From contig OZ241875.1 of NCBI GenBank assembly GCA_965203325.1, positions 2,400,001-2,464,000 on the forward strand: 64,000 nt of DNA. Direction: 5' to 3'. Position 1 is the stretch's first letter; each line of letters starts with the position of its first letter. Made by a program: the position numbers and the translations under genes. Shown in pieces: positions 1 to 10,356 of this stretch. The notes beneath the pieces were generated by a model. It was not told the DNA's origin. It saw nothing but the letters and a program-made list of their open reading frames with translations, and searched no databases. Origin of the DNA: a bacterium. Its GTDB lineage: Bacteria; UBA8248.

Positions 1-999
1 ATGAAAAGCGCCGACGTCTCCTACCTCGGCGCGGCGAAGGCTCTCCAGGACGCGGGCGTGGAGCTCAGGGGCGATATCGTCCTCGCTTCCGTCGCGGGCG
101 AGATCGAGAAAAACCGCATCGACCAGTACCAGGACGTGCTCTACGACGGCTACGGCGTCGGCACCCGGCATCTTATATCGCACGGATATCTGACGGATTT
201 CTGTATTCTCGGGGAGCCGACCGGCATGCAGGTAGCACCCTGGCATGGGGGCACAATCTGGTTCAAGGTCATCACGCGGGGTTCGATGGGCCATACGTGC
301 TACGGCCACTACACGGCCAGCGCCATCGAGCGTATGGAACGTGTGCAGGCGGCGGTTCGCAAGTGGATTCCCGAGTACCGGGGCCGCAATGAATTCCTGG
401 GCGAACGCCCCCACGTGAACGTGGCCGCCATCGAGGGCGGATGGCCCTACCGCTGCGCGCGCTCGCCTATCGAGTGCCGTCTTTACGTGGACGTCCGCCT
501 GGTACCGGGTCAGACGATTCAGGACGTGCAGGCGGAGTTCAAGGGCGTCATCGAGCAGGTGAACAAGGAACACCCCGACGTCGGCGCCAAGGTCGAGGTG
601 TTCTCCTCGCATCCGCCCTCGGGCATTCCCGTAGATTCGCTGCCTTCCAAAGCGATGATTCAGGCGCATGAGCAGATTGTGGGTGAGAAGCCGAACATCA
701 TCGTGAAGACTTCCTATCTGGACGCCGCCCATATGAACCGCTACGGGGTCCAGACCATCACGTACGGATTGGCGGGCCGAACGTTTGATGCGGATTACGG
801 CTGGAACGCCGATATCGGCGAGCACATCCACGTCGACGCGCTGGTGGACACGACGAAGATATTCGCCCTCGCAGCGCTGGATCTGTGCATGCGGGAGCGT
901 GACGCCTCCGCCATCGCGCCGGACCCCTACGCGAACCTGCCCGAGCCCGGGCAAATAGAAGCTCTCGGAAGCGGACGCATAACGGCTCTCGGAAGCTGA
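1..999 (+). CDS. M20 family metallo-amidohydrolase (ArgE/DapE-like), 5'-truncated by window edge
   Basis: Begins at the (D)MK motif; has ILGEPT, the G-H dimerisation-domain entry (RGSMGH), 'VNVAAIEGG', 'VDVRLVPG' and a C-terminal 'EHIHVD' region. The N-terminal HxD part is absent. Confidence 0.8.
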   Translation: MKSADVSYLGAAKALQDAGVELRGDIVLASVAGEIEKNRIDQYQDVLYDGYGVGTRHLISHGYLTDFCILGEPTGMQVAPWHGGTIWFKVITRGSMGHTCYGHYTASAIERMERVQAAVRKWIPEYRGRNEFLGERPHVNVAAIEGGWPYRCARSPIECRLYVDVRLVPGQTIQDVQAEFKGVIEQVNKEHPDVGAKVEVFSSHPPSGIPVDSLPSKAMIQAHEQIVGEKPNIIVKTSYLDAAHMNRYGVQTITYGLAGRTFDADYGWNADIGEHIHVDALVDTTKIFALAALDLCMRERDASAIAPDPYANLPEPGQIEALGSGRITALGS

Positions 1000-1013
1000 G
1001 AAAGGAATTTTTC

Positions 1014-1874
1014 GTGGCGTCGGCCGATAAAGCGCGAACCCAGCCCGGAGAAACGCCGGGGACCGAAAGACAACTCGGGCCTCCCAACTGGGGCGTGGTT
1101 TTCAGAAACTCGGGCAAGGCCTTTTTTCTGATGGCGGCGCCTCTCATCGGACTGCTCATCTTCTGGGAGTTGCTCGCACACTCGGGCACGCTCCATCCTG
1201 TGCTTTTCCCTCCGCTGGAAAAGATATGGGTGACGATGGTGGATCAGGCGAAATCCGGCATCCTCTGGCTGGACATCTACGTTTCGCTTTACCGGCTCCT
1301 GGTCGGAGCGTTCCTCGCCCTCGTTTCGGGAACTGTGGTCGGCCTGATAATGGGGATGAATCAGACGGTGGAGCGCATTCTGGCCCCGCCGATGTATTTT
1401 TTCCTGGCCGTGCCGGGCCTCGCATTGTTTCCCATCGTCATTCTCTGGTTCGGACTGAGCGATTTCACGCTGATCTCCGTGCTGTGGTTCGAGGGCATGA
1501 TCACCGTCATGGTGAACGCGTGGACGGGCGTGAAGACCGTGGACGCCTCCCTCATCCGCGCAGGCCGCGCCATGGGCGCCAAGGGCATGACGCTTTTCTT
1601 TCAGGTGATGGTGCCCGGCGCGCTGCCGAATCTCATCGCGGGCTACCGCATCGCGTTCAGCCGCGCATGGCGCATCGTCGTGACCGGGGAGATGATAGTC
1701 GCGCTCGAGGCGGGCCTGGGCTTTCGGATTTTCGCGGCCCGCGATTTCCTCGCGGCGGACATGATGTACGGAGGGGTGGTGGTCGTTGGTATTCTGGGCG
1801 TGATCGTGGAGCGCGTCTGCCTGCGGAGCATCGAGCTGGCCACGGTTCAGCGCTGGGGAACACTGCGCGAATAA
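1014..1874 (+). CDS. NitT/TauT (SsuC-like) ABC transporter permease
   Basis: Multiple TM helices; 'FPPLEKIW', 'SLYRLLVG', EAA-like loop 'LIRAGRAMGA', 'GLGFRI'. Confidence 0.9.
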   Translation: MASADKARTQPGETPGTERQLGPPNWGVVFRNSGKAFFLMAAPLIGLLIFWELLAHSGTLHPVLFPPLEKIWVTMVDQAKSGILWLDIYVSLYRLLVGAFLALVSGTVVGLIMGMNQTVERILAPPMYFFLAVPGLALFPIVILWFGLSDFTLISVLWFEGMITVMVNAWTGVKTVDASLIRAGRAMGAKGMTLFFQVMVPGALPNLIAGYRIAFSRAWRIVVTGEMIVALEAGLGFRIFAARDFLAADMMYGGVVVVGILGVIVERVCLRSIELATVQRWGTLRE

Positions 1875-1894
1875 CGCGCCGATAGGAGCATATC

Positions 1895-2710
<816 letters not shown>

Positions 2711-2736
2711 ACGAAAACCAAAAGAGGAACGAGAAG

Positions 2737-3174
2737 ATGATCCAGAGACAGTTCATGCAGCCCGACGATATGTGGTCCCGCGTGGAAAACAACGAGCTTC
2801 TTTACGTGCCCGTGGTGACGATTCATGGTTCGGACCACGCCCATATCTATCTTTCCGGTCAGGTGCCCCGCAAGCCGAGCGGCGAAGTGGAAGGCGTCGG
2901 TGACATGCGCACCCAGATACGAGTGACTTGCGAGAACATCGGCAAGGGCTTGGCCCACGCGGGTGCTACGTTCGACGACATCGTCAGTTCCACGACGTAT
3001 GTGACCGACATCATGGAGTATTACAAGCATTCCGATGAGCGCTTCAAATACTTCAAGAACGTTCGCCCGGCCAGCACGCTGATCGAGATATCCCGCCTCG
3101 GTCCTCCCGACGCGATGATCGAGATAACGGCGGAGGCCATCATCGAGCCCGAGCGGCTGCGGGTCCAGCCGTAG
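2737..3174 (+). CDS. Rid/YjgF/UK114 family protein lacking the catalytic Arg
   Basis: 'IYLSGQV', 'GDMRTQ', 'PASTLIEISRL', 'MIEITAEA'. ATG 2737 chosen after an AGAGGA SD-like sequence. Confidence 0.85.
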   Translation: MIQRQFMQPDDMWSRVENNELLYVPVVTIHGSDHAHIYLSGQVPRKPSGEVEGVGDMRTQIRVTCENIGKGLAHAGATFDDIVSSTTYVTDIMEYYKHSDERFKYFKNVRPASTLIEISRLGPPDAMIEITAEAIIEPERLRVQP

Positions 3175-3268
3175 GCGCGGTTTAATCTGGACTCCTTGGC
3201 GGTAACCGGGCCGGGGCGATCGTATAGGTTTCGAGTATCTTCCATTCAAAATGCCTCGGGAGTCTTGC

Positions 3269-4635
3269 ATGGATGAACTCAGAGTATTGTCCGTTTGCGG
3301 CAATCTCGGCTACGGATTCCCCAAGGCCTCTCTCGATAACGGCCTCGCCCGCGACCCGCACATCATGGGGGCGGACAACGGCTCGACCGATGCGGGTCCC
3401 TATTACCTCGGCAGCGGCGATCAGCTCACCAAGCGCGAGCAGATTCGCAGAGACTTAGGGTTTCTCGCTGGCCGCCGCGAGAAAGAAGAAGATTCCCTAC
3501 ATCATCGGCTCCGCCGGTACGGCGGGCGGAAATCCCCACGTGGACAGCGTGCTCGACACGATGAATGAATTGGCGAAGCGCGACGGGCACCGCTTCAAAC
3601 TCGCGGTGATCCGCTCCGAGATGGACAAGGAGTTCATCAAGCGCGCCGTCCGGGAAAAGAGAACGCGCACCCTGGGGAAGCTCCCCGAACTCACCGAGGA
3701 GATGGTGGACGAAAGCGTGCGCATCGTGGGTCAGATGGGGCTGGAACCTTTCATGACGGCCCTGGAGGGCGGTGCGGAGGTCGTTCTTGCCGGACGCTCC
3801 TGCGACACGGCCATCTACACCTCTTACGCCGCGATGCAGGGCTTCGACCTTGGGCCTCGCCTTCCACATGGCGAAGATCATCGAGTGCGGCGCGCAATGC
3901 GCTCTCCCCATCGGGGCGAACGACTGCATTCTGGGCACTTTGCGCGAGGATCACTTCGAGCTCGAACCGATGAACGAGGGGATGCGTGTGACGCCTAATT
4001 CCGTGGCGGCCCACATGATGTACGAACAGCCCGATCCCTACCTGTTCTACGAACCGGAGGGGGTGATCGATCTCAAAGACTCGGAGTTCGAGCAAGTCAG
4101 CGAGCGCCGCGTGCGGGTGAGCGGCAGCCGATTCGTGCAAGCGCAGACCCCCACTATCAAAATCGAAGGCGTGCGCTTGAGGGGATACCGCACCATCGCC
4201 GTCGCCGGTATGACGGACCCGCGTCTCATCGCGAGTCTCGACGAGGTGGAGGCGAACGTGAAGAACACCGTCGCGGACATGGTTCGGAGTACGCTCTCGC
4301 CCGAGGACTACGAACTGCGCTTCATCTTCTACGGGCGCGACGGCGTGATGGGCCGTCCGGCGGCGGATGAATCAGGCGCTCCCCGGGAAGTCGGCGTGGT
4401 GATGGAGGCAATCGCCAGGGATCAGACGACGGCGAACGCGGTGCTCTCACTCACGCGGAGCACGTTCCTGCATTCGGGCTTCGAGGGCCGAAAAGCCACC
4501 GCCGGGAACCTCGCCTTCCCGTTCTCGCCGTCTGATTTCGAGGGCGGACCGGTGTATGAGTTCCACATCTATCACCTCGTGGAGCTGGAAGACGCCGCGG
4601 CGCCCTTCGAGGTCGAATTCGAGCAGGTGGGCTGA
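3269..4635 (+). pseudogene. AtuA-like (acyclic terpene utilisation family) protein, interrupted by two +1 frameshifts (pseudogene or assembly error)
   Basis: 'RVLSVCGNLGYGFP...DNGSTDAGPYYLG' continues in a second frame as 'IPYIIGSAGTAGG...GQMG...VVLAGRSCD' and in a third as 'FHMAKIIECGAQCA...YEQPDP...AGNLAFPFSP'. Extra bases lie near 3458-3463 (gggttt) and 3850-3854 (ttggg). Confidence 0.75.
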
Positions 4636-4637
4636 GG

Positions 4638-4949
4638 GTGGAGCGACTCTACGACCTCGCCGAGGTGCTGCGAAGCAAAAACGCAGGCCCCCTGCACATC
4701 ACGCTGGATCTGTTGTTCGCCGATGAGGCGACTTATCGGCGCGTGGCTGACAGCGAGGCGCTCACGCCGGGCGTGGTTTCAGAACTCTACGAGATGGCGA
4801 CCGAGGATGTGAAGATAGTCCATTTCGACGCGGCCAACGCCATCAAGATCACCATACCGAGGAAAGGGCCGACCTCGGGCGCGCCGGGCGACCGCGACGT
4901 GTACGGGGCGCAGCAGCACGGCCCGCTGCTCGGTCTCATGATTCCCTGA
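4638..4949 (+). CDS. DUF4387 family protein (partner of the AtuA-like protein)
   Basis: 'LAEVLRSKNAGP..ITLDL' and 'GDRDVYGAQQHGPLL' motifs; directly follows the AtuA-like gene. Confidence 0.85.
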   Translation: MERLYDLAEVLRSKNAGPLHITLDLLFADEATYRRVADSEALTPGVVSELYEMATEDVKIVHFDAANAIKITIPRKGPTSGAPGDRDVYGAQQHGPLLGLMIP

Positions 4950-4989
4950 TGGCTTGCGTATCCCCCGAAGGGGATGAGGAGGTTTTCCG

Positions 4990-6375
4990 ATGGACGTCGA
5001 ACGGGTCATCGCGCAAATCGAGGCGGATTTCGAATCCGCCCATATCGAGCGTCTCCTGAAATACATTCGACAGCCGAGCGTCTCCGCGCTCAACCTCGGC
5101 AACGACGAGATGGCGCGGATGCTGGCCGATGAGATCATCGAGGTCGGCGGCGAGGCGGAGGTGGTGGAAACGGCGGAGTTTCCCGTCGTCTACGGACTTA
5201 TCGACGCGGGCGCGGATCGCACGCTGCTCTGCCACGGCCTCTACGACGTGACGCCGGCGGAAGAACCAAACTGGATTAACCCTCCCTTCGAGCCGGAGAT
5301 TCAGGAACTGGAAGGCCTGGGGCTCTGCATCGTGGGACGGGGAGCGGAGGACATGAAGACCGGCATCGCCTGCGTGATGAACACGGTCTACGCGGCGCGC
5401 GCCGCAGGGGAGAAGCTCCCGCTCAATCTCATGTTCGTCCACGAGGCGTCCGAACTCGGCAGCGGCGGCATCAAGGATTTCTTCCCGCGCTACAGGGAGA
5501 AGATGCAAAAGGCGAACGCGGCCTACTGGCTCTGCCCGATGGGGCAGACCGACGGAACGCCCATCGTCCCGCTGGGGCTCAAGGGCAACCTGATGGGCAG
5601 GCTCTTCTGCCGTCCCGGGGAGTGGGGCGGGCCGGTGGGCAACGAGATTCACGCGCTCAACTGCAACTGGATAGGCAATCCGGCGGAGCGCATCGTGGAG
5701 GCGATCGCCTACCTGCAGGCGAGGCTCGAAGAGATCTACCAAAACGGCGAGGGCTGGACGCCGAGCGAAGCCGAAGAGGAATTGTGCCGAAAGCTCGCCG
5801 CTCGCATGGACCCCGAGCGGATGAAGCAGAGCCTGGGCGTCGAGCGTTTCCGGCAGGATGATTTTCGCGCCGCCGTCCGCTCGCATCTGTTCAAGGCGGA
5901 ATTCACCCTGACGGGCCTTCACGCGGGCTTCGTCGGCGAGGGCAAATCCGTCAAGGTCAGCATTCCCTCCGAAGCCCAGGCCGTGGTGAACATGCGCTTC
6001 CAGCCGGGCGAAGACCCCGACGAGCGTATCGGGAACGTCCGCAACATCCTGGCCGAGGGCGGCTACGGCGATGTCGAGTTCGTCGTGAACAACCACTACG
6101 CGGGCGGCGGAACGCCGCTGGATCATCCCCTGATCCAGTGTTTTCTCCAGGCCCACGCGGACATGGGCGCAAACCCGGAAGTCTGGCCCGTGCACCCGGC
6201 GGGGATGCCCGTGGCCTTGTGGACCGAAGAGTTGGGTGTGCCCTGGATCGGCGGGCTTCCGTGCAACGCCATGCGAAAACACGCGGCGAACGAATACGCA
6301 CAGGTATCGGGGGTTCTCCAGTCCGAGAAATTCCTCGTGCACCTGTTCGAGGGGTTCTCGAAACTCACGTATTGA
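4990..6375 (+). CDS. M20/M25/M40 family metallo-hydrolase (dipeptidase-like) with atypical ligands
   Basis: 'IRQPSVSA', 'YDVTP..W..PPFEP', 'GRGAEDMK', 'GLKG', 'HAANEY'. Confidence 0.85.
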   Translation: MDVERVIAQIEADFESAHIERLLKYIRQPSVSALNLGNDEMARMLADEIIEVGGEAEVVETAEFPVVYGLIDAGADRTLLCHGLYDVTPAEEPNWINPPFEPEIQELEGLGLCIVGRGAEDMKTGIACVMNTVYAARAAGEKLPLNLMFVHEASELGSGGIKDFFPRYREKMQKANAAYWLCPMGQTDGTPIVPLGLKGNLMGRLFCRPGEWGGPVGNEIHALNCNWIGNPAERIVEAIAYLQARLEEIYQNGEGWTPSEAEEELCRKLAARMDPERMKQSLGVERFRQDDFRAAVRSHLFKAEFTLTGLHAGFVGEGKSVKVSIPSEAQAVVNMRFQPGEDPDERIGNVRNILAEGGYGDVEFVVNNHYAGGGTPLDHPLIQCFLQAHADMGANPEVWPVHPAGMPVALWTEELGVPWIGGLPCNAMRKHAANEYAQVSGVLQSEKFLVHLFEGFSKLTY

Positions 6376-6416
6376 TTGTGGGGTGCTTGTCCATCACCAC
6401 AACGAAGGCCGAAAAA

Positions 6417-7142
6417 TTAACTATCCCCCGCCGGCGGCCAGATGCGCTCGCCCAGACTCGGGGAACTGGGCGCGTGGACGAGGGTGTTCACGGCCTGGCG
6501 CGAGCGGGGTATCTTCTCCGTCGTGAAGTTCTTCTGAAGCGATTCCAGGGATACCCACTCATAGAGAATCCCGTGCTTCGCCCAGCCCGATACCGATACG
6601 AGATTGCGCGCGCCGACACATCCCTCCATGCTCACGAGGCGCGGCATACGCACCTGGGCGTACCAGCAACCGAGCTCGTCCTCGTTCTCGACGGCGTTGA
6701 TGTTGAAGGTTCCGAACTGGATACCCGGACCCGGCGTGATTCCCGGCGCGCGGGTCTTGAACTCGGGACCGTCGATGCGGTTGTGCTCCATGAAGATGCA
6801 AGAGCGCGCGTTCAATCGCCGCCCGAGCATTTCCCGGTCATCCGCCGTCATCTTCTCCGCCATCTGTTCGGGACTCGGGTCCAGAAAAGCGTTCGGCGAG
6901 AGTGCGCCGTAGAGCATCAGGTACTGAACCCCCTTAGGCACGCTCGCGTCGTCCGTGTGGTGGACGACGCCCCGGATCCGTTCCTCACGCTCGGGCGTGA
7001 CGACGTTCTTCACGTGCGCCGCCCAGAGGTAACCCGGACGCGCAAGCGCTTCGGGGATGTGGACCTCGTGAAGCCAGGTGATGTATTCATCCGCTCCCTC
7101 TTCGGGAAGGTCGTACCATACCGCCCAGATTCCTCGGTCCAT
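6417..7142 (-). CDS. Hypothetical protein, probably two dimeric alpha/beta-barrel (EthD/DUF4286-like) domains
   Basis: Repeated pattern 'EYITWLHEVHIPEALARPG' and 'ELGCWYAQVRMPRLVSMEG'; GAGGAG SD upstream of the start. Confidence 0.65.
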   Translation of the reverse strand: MDRGIWAVWYDLPEEGADEYITWLHEVHIPEALARPGYLWAAHVKNVVTPEREERIRGVVHHTDDASVPKGVQYLMLYGALSPNAFLDPSPEQMAEKMTADDREMLGRRLNARSCIFMEHNRIDGPEFKTRAPGITPGPGIQFGTFNINAVENEDELGCWYAQVRMPRLVSMEGCVGARNLVSVSGWAKHGILYEWVSLESLQKNFTTEKIPRSRQAVNTLVHAPSSPSLGERIWPPAGDS

Positions 7143-7180
7143 TTATCGTTTCTCCTCTTTGGTGTGATTCATAATTGCTC

Positions 7181-7834
7181 TCAATCGTTGGGTTCGGGGA
7201 AGGCGTCCGGCCAGTTGTCCAGAACTTCCTGCAGATAAGCCTTGAGTTTCGCCGGGTCGGGCCGGAGGCGGCCTACGTCCTCGACGATATCTATTTCGTC
7301 GTTCGGCAGCTTGAGTGAATCGTGGTAGCGGTTTCTCATGTTGAAATAGCTGATGACGAAGGTGAGTTCCACGAACTCTGCGTCCGTGAAATGCTTTTGC
7401 ACTTCCTCGGCCACGTCGTCCCGGAACTTGGCGGAGTTGCGCGTGACGTGTTCGGCCCAGAGGACGGTCGCTTTTTCCCTTGGGGTCAGCAGCGGCGAAT
7501 CCATGTACTCATCCGAGCCGATGGCGGCGACGTGTTCATCGGTGATTCCCAGCACCCGGCCGAGAGCGGTGTTGTGCGCGAGTCAGTAGTCGCACCCGTT
7601 CAACTGGCTGGTCTTGATGACGGCGATCTCTTTTATCTTGGAAGAAAGCACGGTGCCGAGCCCCTCGCGCATCAGTGTCTGGACGAGGGGATAGAAGATG
7701 CGCGCGAGAAACGGGGAGTGCGCCGTCGCCCGGGTGGAATTGACCTGCCTGCTTTGGAAGTTGTTCAGGATGTCGAAGGTGCGCGCGACCTCGCCTTCTG
7801 CTCCCTCCCTGCCGAGCAACGGAACTCTGGACAT
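7181..7834 (-). CDS. AhpD/carboxymuconolactone decarboxylase family protein, probable selenoprotein (CxxU; TGA at 7583-7585)
   Basis: ORFs 7583-7924 and 7181-7555 are in the same frame and join as ...KEIAVIKTSQLNGCDY-TGA-LAHNTALGRVLGITDE..., matching the AhpD ExxxxxxSxxNxCxxCxxH motif. AGGAG SD precedes ATG 7834. Confidence 0.85.
7549..7569 (-). promoter_or_regulatory. Putative bacterial SECIS hairpin of the AhpD-like gene
   Basis: mRNA CCGCUCUC-GGCC-GGGUGCUGG folds by eye with the apical GG at +22/+23 after UGA. Confidence 0.5.
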
Positions 7835-8323
7835 GGCCACTCCTTCTCGAATGCGTGCTCCGAGTGTTTTGCTGAGGAATAATTCATCTTCCCACAATGA
7901 GCGCCATCTTTCACGCAGGCGCACGGAATCGCGACAGACTTCTATGGTGGTCTATATCAACAGAGCACAAGTTGAAGTGCAGAGGCATCGATTGAATTTT
8001 CGCTTTGCATGAGTAGATTTTACCCAACGGCATGAATATTTTCTAATGAATTACACCCAAGAAATTGGAATGAAAAAAGTCGAGCCGATAAAATCTCTTC
8101 CCACCAAACGAAATTCCTCCCATCCCCAAAAGGGACGCTATGGCGTAAATTGAATTGAGAAACATAATGTGAAGCCTGCCCTTGGGCCATGCTTATCGTT
8201 TTTTGTTGCCATATTTCCATAGGTGTGAAGTTCTCAGGGAGAGGATGTAACAATTATTGCGAGGTGTATTTGACTGTGATATACGCATTTTTTGCCGCCC
8301 GTTTTTTTAGAAGGGATGCGTGA

Positions 8324-9148
8324 GTGGTTCACACCTTTGGGAAGCAAAAACTCAAAGTACTGATCACAGTAAAAACCTATCCAATTCCATCTGTGAAATA
8401 CGACGAATTGGTTTGCACTGCAGGAGTAACAGAGAATGGGGACTTTGTGCGCCTCTATCCAATTAATTTTCGGGACTTGGAATTCAGTAAACAATATAAG
8501 AAATACCAATGGATTGAGATCATGGCTGAGAAACATCAAGGGCGTGATGTTCGAAAGGAAAGTTATCGACCTGACAGTGAATCAATCAAGATTATAGGTG
8601 AGCCAATTAAGAGTAATCCAGGAAATTGGAGAGAGCGTGCCCGCTATGCGTTGTTGAAAAAAGCACGCTCTATGGAAGATCTATATGAACGTCAGGAAAC
8701 CGACAGAACATCTCTTGGTATTTTCAAACCTAAGAAAGTACATGATCTTGTCATATCTGAAGACGACCCGAATTGGAAGCCTGCTTTCTTAGATGCACTC
8801 CGCCAAGCTAGGCTATGGGAGACACGCAAGAAGAGCAAAGAACCTCCCCGTAAAGTGCCTTTTAAGTTTCATTATAAATTTGAGTGTGATGACGAAAGAT
8901 GCAAAGGGCGCCATAAGATGATGATTGAAGATTGGGAAGTAGGTGCTCTTTTTTGGAGGCTAGTGGATCAAGGATATTCACATTCTGAGGCTGCAAAATC
9001 TGTAAGGAGAAAATTCTTAGATGAACTTTGTGGTGATGACAAAGACACCTATTTTTTTGTTGGAACGATCCTTGCCCACCCGAAAAGTTGGGTTGTAATC
9101 GGAGTTTTCTATCCTAAGATTGAACAGCAAACACGGCTGTTTGATTAG
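8324..9148 (+). CDS. Conserved hypothetical protein (VKTYPxxSxKYxExVCTAG family), C-terminal QxxLF
   Basis: 274-aa uninterrupted ORF in AT-rich DNA with motif-like blocks RLYPI.FR, KYQWI, SLGIFKP, CxxxxCxxxH, DWE, FFVGT and IGVFYP. Confidence 0.8.
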   Translation: MVHTFGKQKLKVLITVKTYPIPSVKYDELVCTAGVTENGDFVRLYPINFRDLEFSKQYKKYQWIEIMAEKHQGRDVRKESYRPDSESIKIIGEPIKSNPGNWRERARYALLKKARSMEDLYERQETDRTSLGIFKPKKVHDLVISEDDPNWKPAFLDALRQARLWETRKKSKEPPRKVPFKFHYKFECDDERCKGRHKMMIEDWEVGALFWRLVDQGYSHSEAAKSVRRKFLDELCGDDKDTYFFVGTILAHPKSWVVIGVFYPKIEQQTRLFD

Positions 9149-10023
9149 AGATGAGAGATCTTCATACCAGTTATATCCGCTACCGAATTGGCAAGTCTAC
9201 TACGATGACAGCACTGGAAATCCTGTTCTACACACACTAGAACGGAAGGTTTCTGGATCATAAATTGTCCTAACTTTTTCACTTCGGTATGTCGTTTAGG
9301 AAGTATAGTTTTTTCATATTGACTGAGTAGGTGTTGATAAGAGGCAAAACTACCAAGTCCGATTCTGTCATTGCTAGATACTCCCAAACTAGGGAAATGA
9401 AGATATTCAAACCCTAGATTTTCGCAAAATTGTCTTAGGCGCGAACCAGCGAATCCATACTTTCGAGAAATAGGATTTGCTCTTACATCTATAACTGCCT
9501 TAATACCTTTCTTTAGAAGATGATTAAAAAAGGCTTCTACGGATTTACCTTCATAGCCAGTCGTATAAACGGCAGGTGAAGCTTTCTTGGGTGGTTGAAT
9601 CGAAACTAAACTGCGCTGAGGTAATTCACTATTAAGCGCAAACCAAGGGTAACTACAATAGACATTGTTGATTAAAGTGTTTTTGTTCATTTGTCCATAG
9701 CGCCTGACTATTTCGCCTACAGCGGACTTAATCGACTTAGTTAACCCTTCATTTTTTTTCGTAGAATCGGGATTTGGTTTGCAGAGAGCGATGTCGTCTT
9801 CTTCGGGTTTTATGTATCCATTTTTTCGAAGACGGTCGAGATCACGATATAGAGTAAAGGAGAATGGACCGTATTTATATGGCACGAAGTCATAAAAGTT
9901 CTGTGTGCCCTTTAAAGTAGTTTCATGGCGAAGTAAGAAAATGAGCTTTACAAAGACGGTTTTTGCGAGTGGTCTGTTGACCTGTTTTAGGAGATTTAAG
10001 ATTATTTTTTCTCTAGTTAACAT
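9145..10023 (-). CDS. DUF488 family protein with N-terminal wHTH/Panacea(SocA)-like domain
   Basis: N-terminal 'KLIFLL...YDFVPYKYGPFS..LY.DL'; C-terminal DUF488 motifs 'YTTGYEG', 'IDVRANPISRKYGF', 'YLHFPSLG', 'LVCVE....CHRS'. Confidence 0.85.
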   Translation of the reverse strand: MLTREKIILNLLKQVNRPLAKTVFVKLIFLLRHETTLKGTQNFYDFVPYKYGPFSFTLYRDLDRLRKNGYIKPEEDDIALCKPNPDSTKKNEGLTKSIKSAVGEIVRRYGQMNKNTLINNVYCSYPWFALNSELPQRSLVSIQPPKKASPAVYTTGYEGKSVEAFFNHLLKKGIKAVIDVRANPISRKYGFAGSRLRQFCENLGFEYLHFPSLGVSSNDRIGLGSFASYQHLLSQYEKTILPKRHTEVKKLGQFMIQKPSVLVCVEQDFQCCHRSRLANSVADITGMKISHL

Positions 10024-10356
10024 ATTGTTCCCATACGGAATAATGGTGACTATGTCAATAATAAATCACTATTTTGTGTTGACACACGGCGTATTCAACC
10101 AGCCAACCTAGACACATGGCAGGTGTTTTCTACTAGTCTTTAACAAGAAAAGTCATGGCGTCTAGGCTTTTCTTTTAGCTAAGGTGAAACCCACAATTGA
10201 TCGTCCTCTCAAGATGACACGCGCGGCGATTCTTGCTAGCCTGTTTCCCATACGCAGAAAAGATACAAGGCGGTTTCAGCGTCCCGGAATCTGGGCTTTG
10301 TTCTCGGCGCGTGAATGAGAACGACCAGTATTCCATATACGTGAAAAGGGCTGAAC

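Larger units (their letters stand above)
7950..10200. mobile_element. AT-rich horizontally acquired island (approximate limits)
   Basis: Abrupt switch to AT-rich sequence and A/T-ending codons relative to the flanks; no integrase or transposase seen. Confidence 0.7.

Noticed and set aside
961..996. 12-bp direct repeat GCTCTCGGAAGC at the end of the first M20 gene
   Set aside because: Only two copies giving ALGS twice in a variable tail; no element lies between them.
8020..8253. 77-aa minus-strand ORF in the AT-rich island
   Set aside because: No recognisable motif or SD; may be a remnant but cannot be supported.
7900..10235. Terminal inverted repeats or att sites bounding the first island
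   Set aside because: The short complementary words (CATCTT/AAGATG, GAATCGC/GCGATTC) are in the wrong order for a true inverted repeat; no tRNA or integrase nearby.
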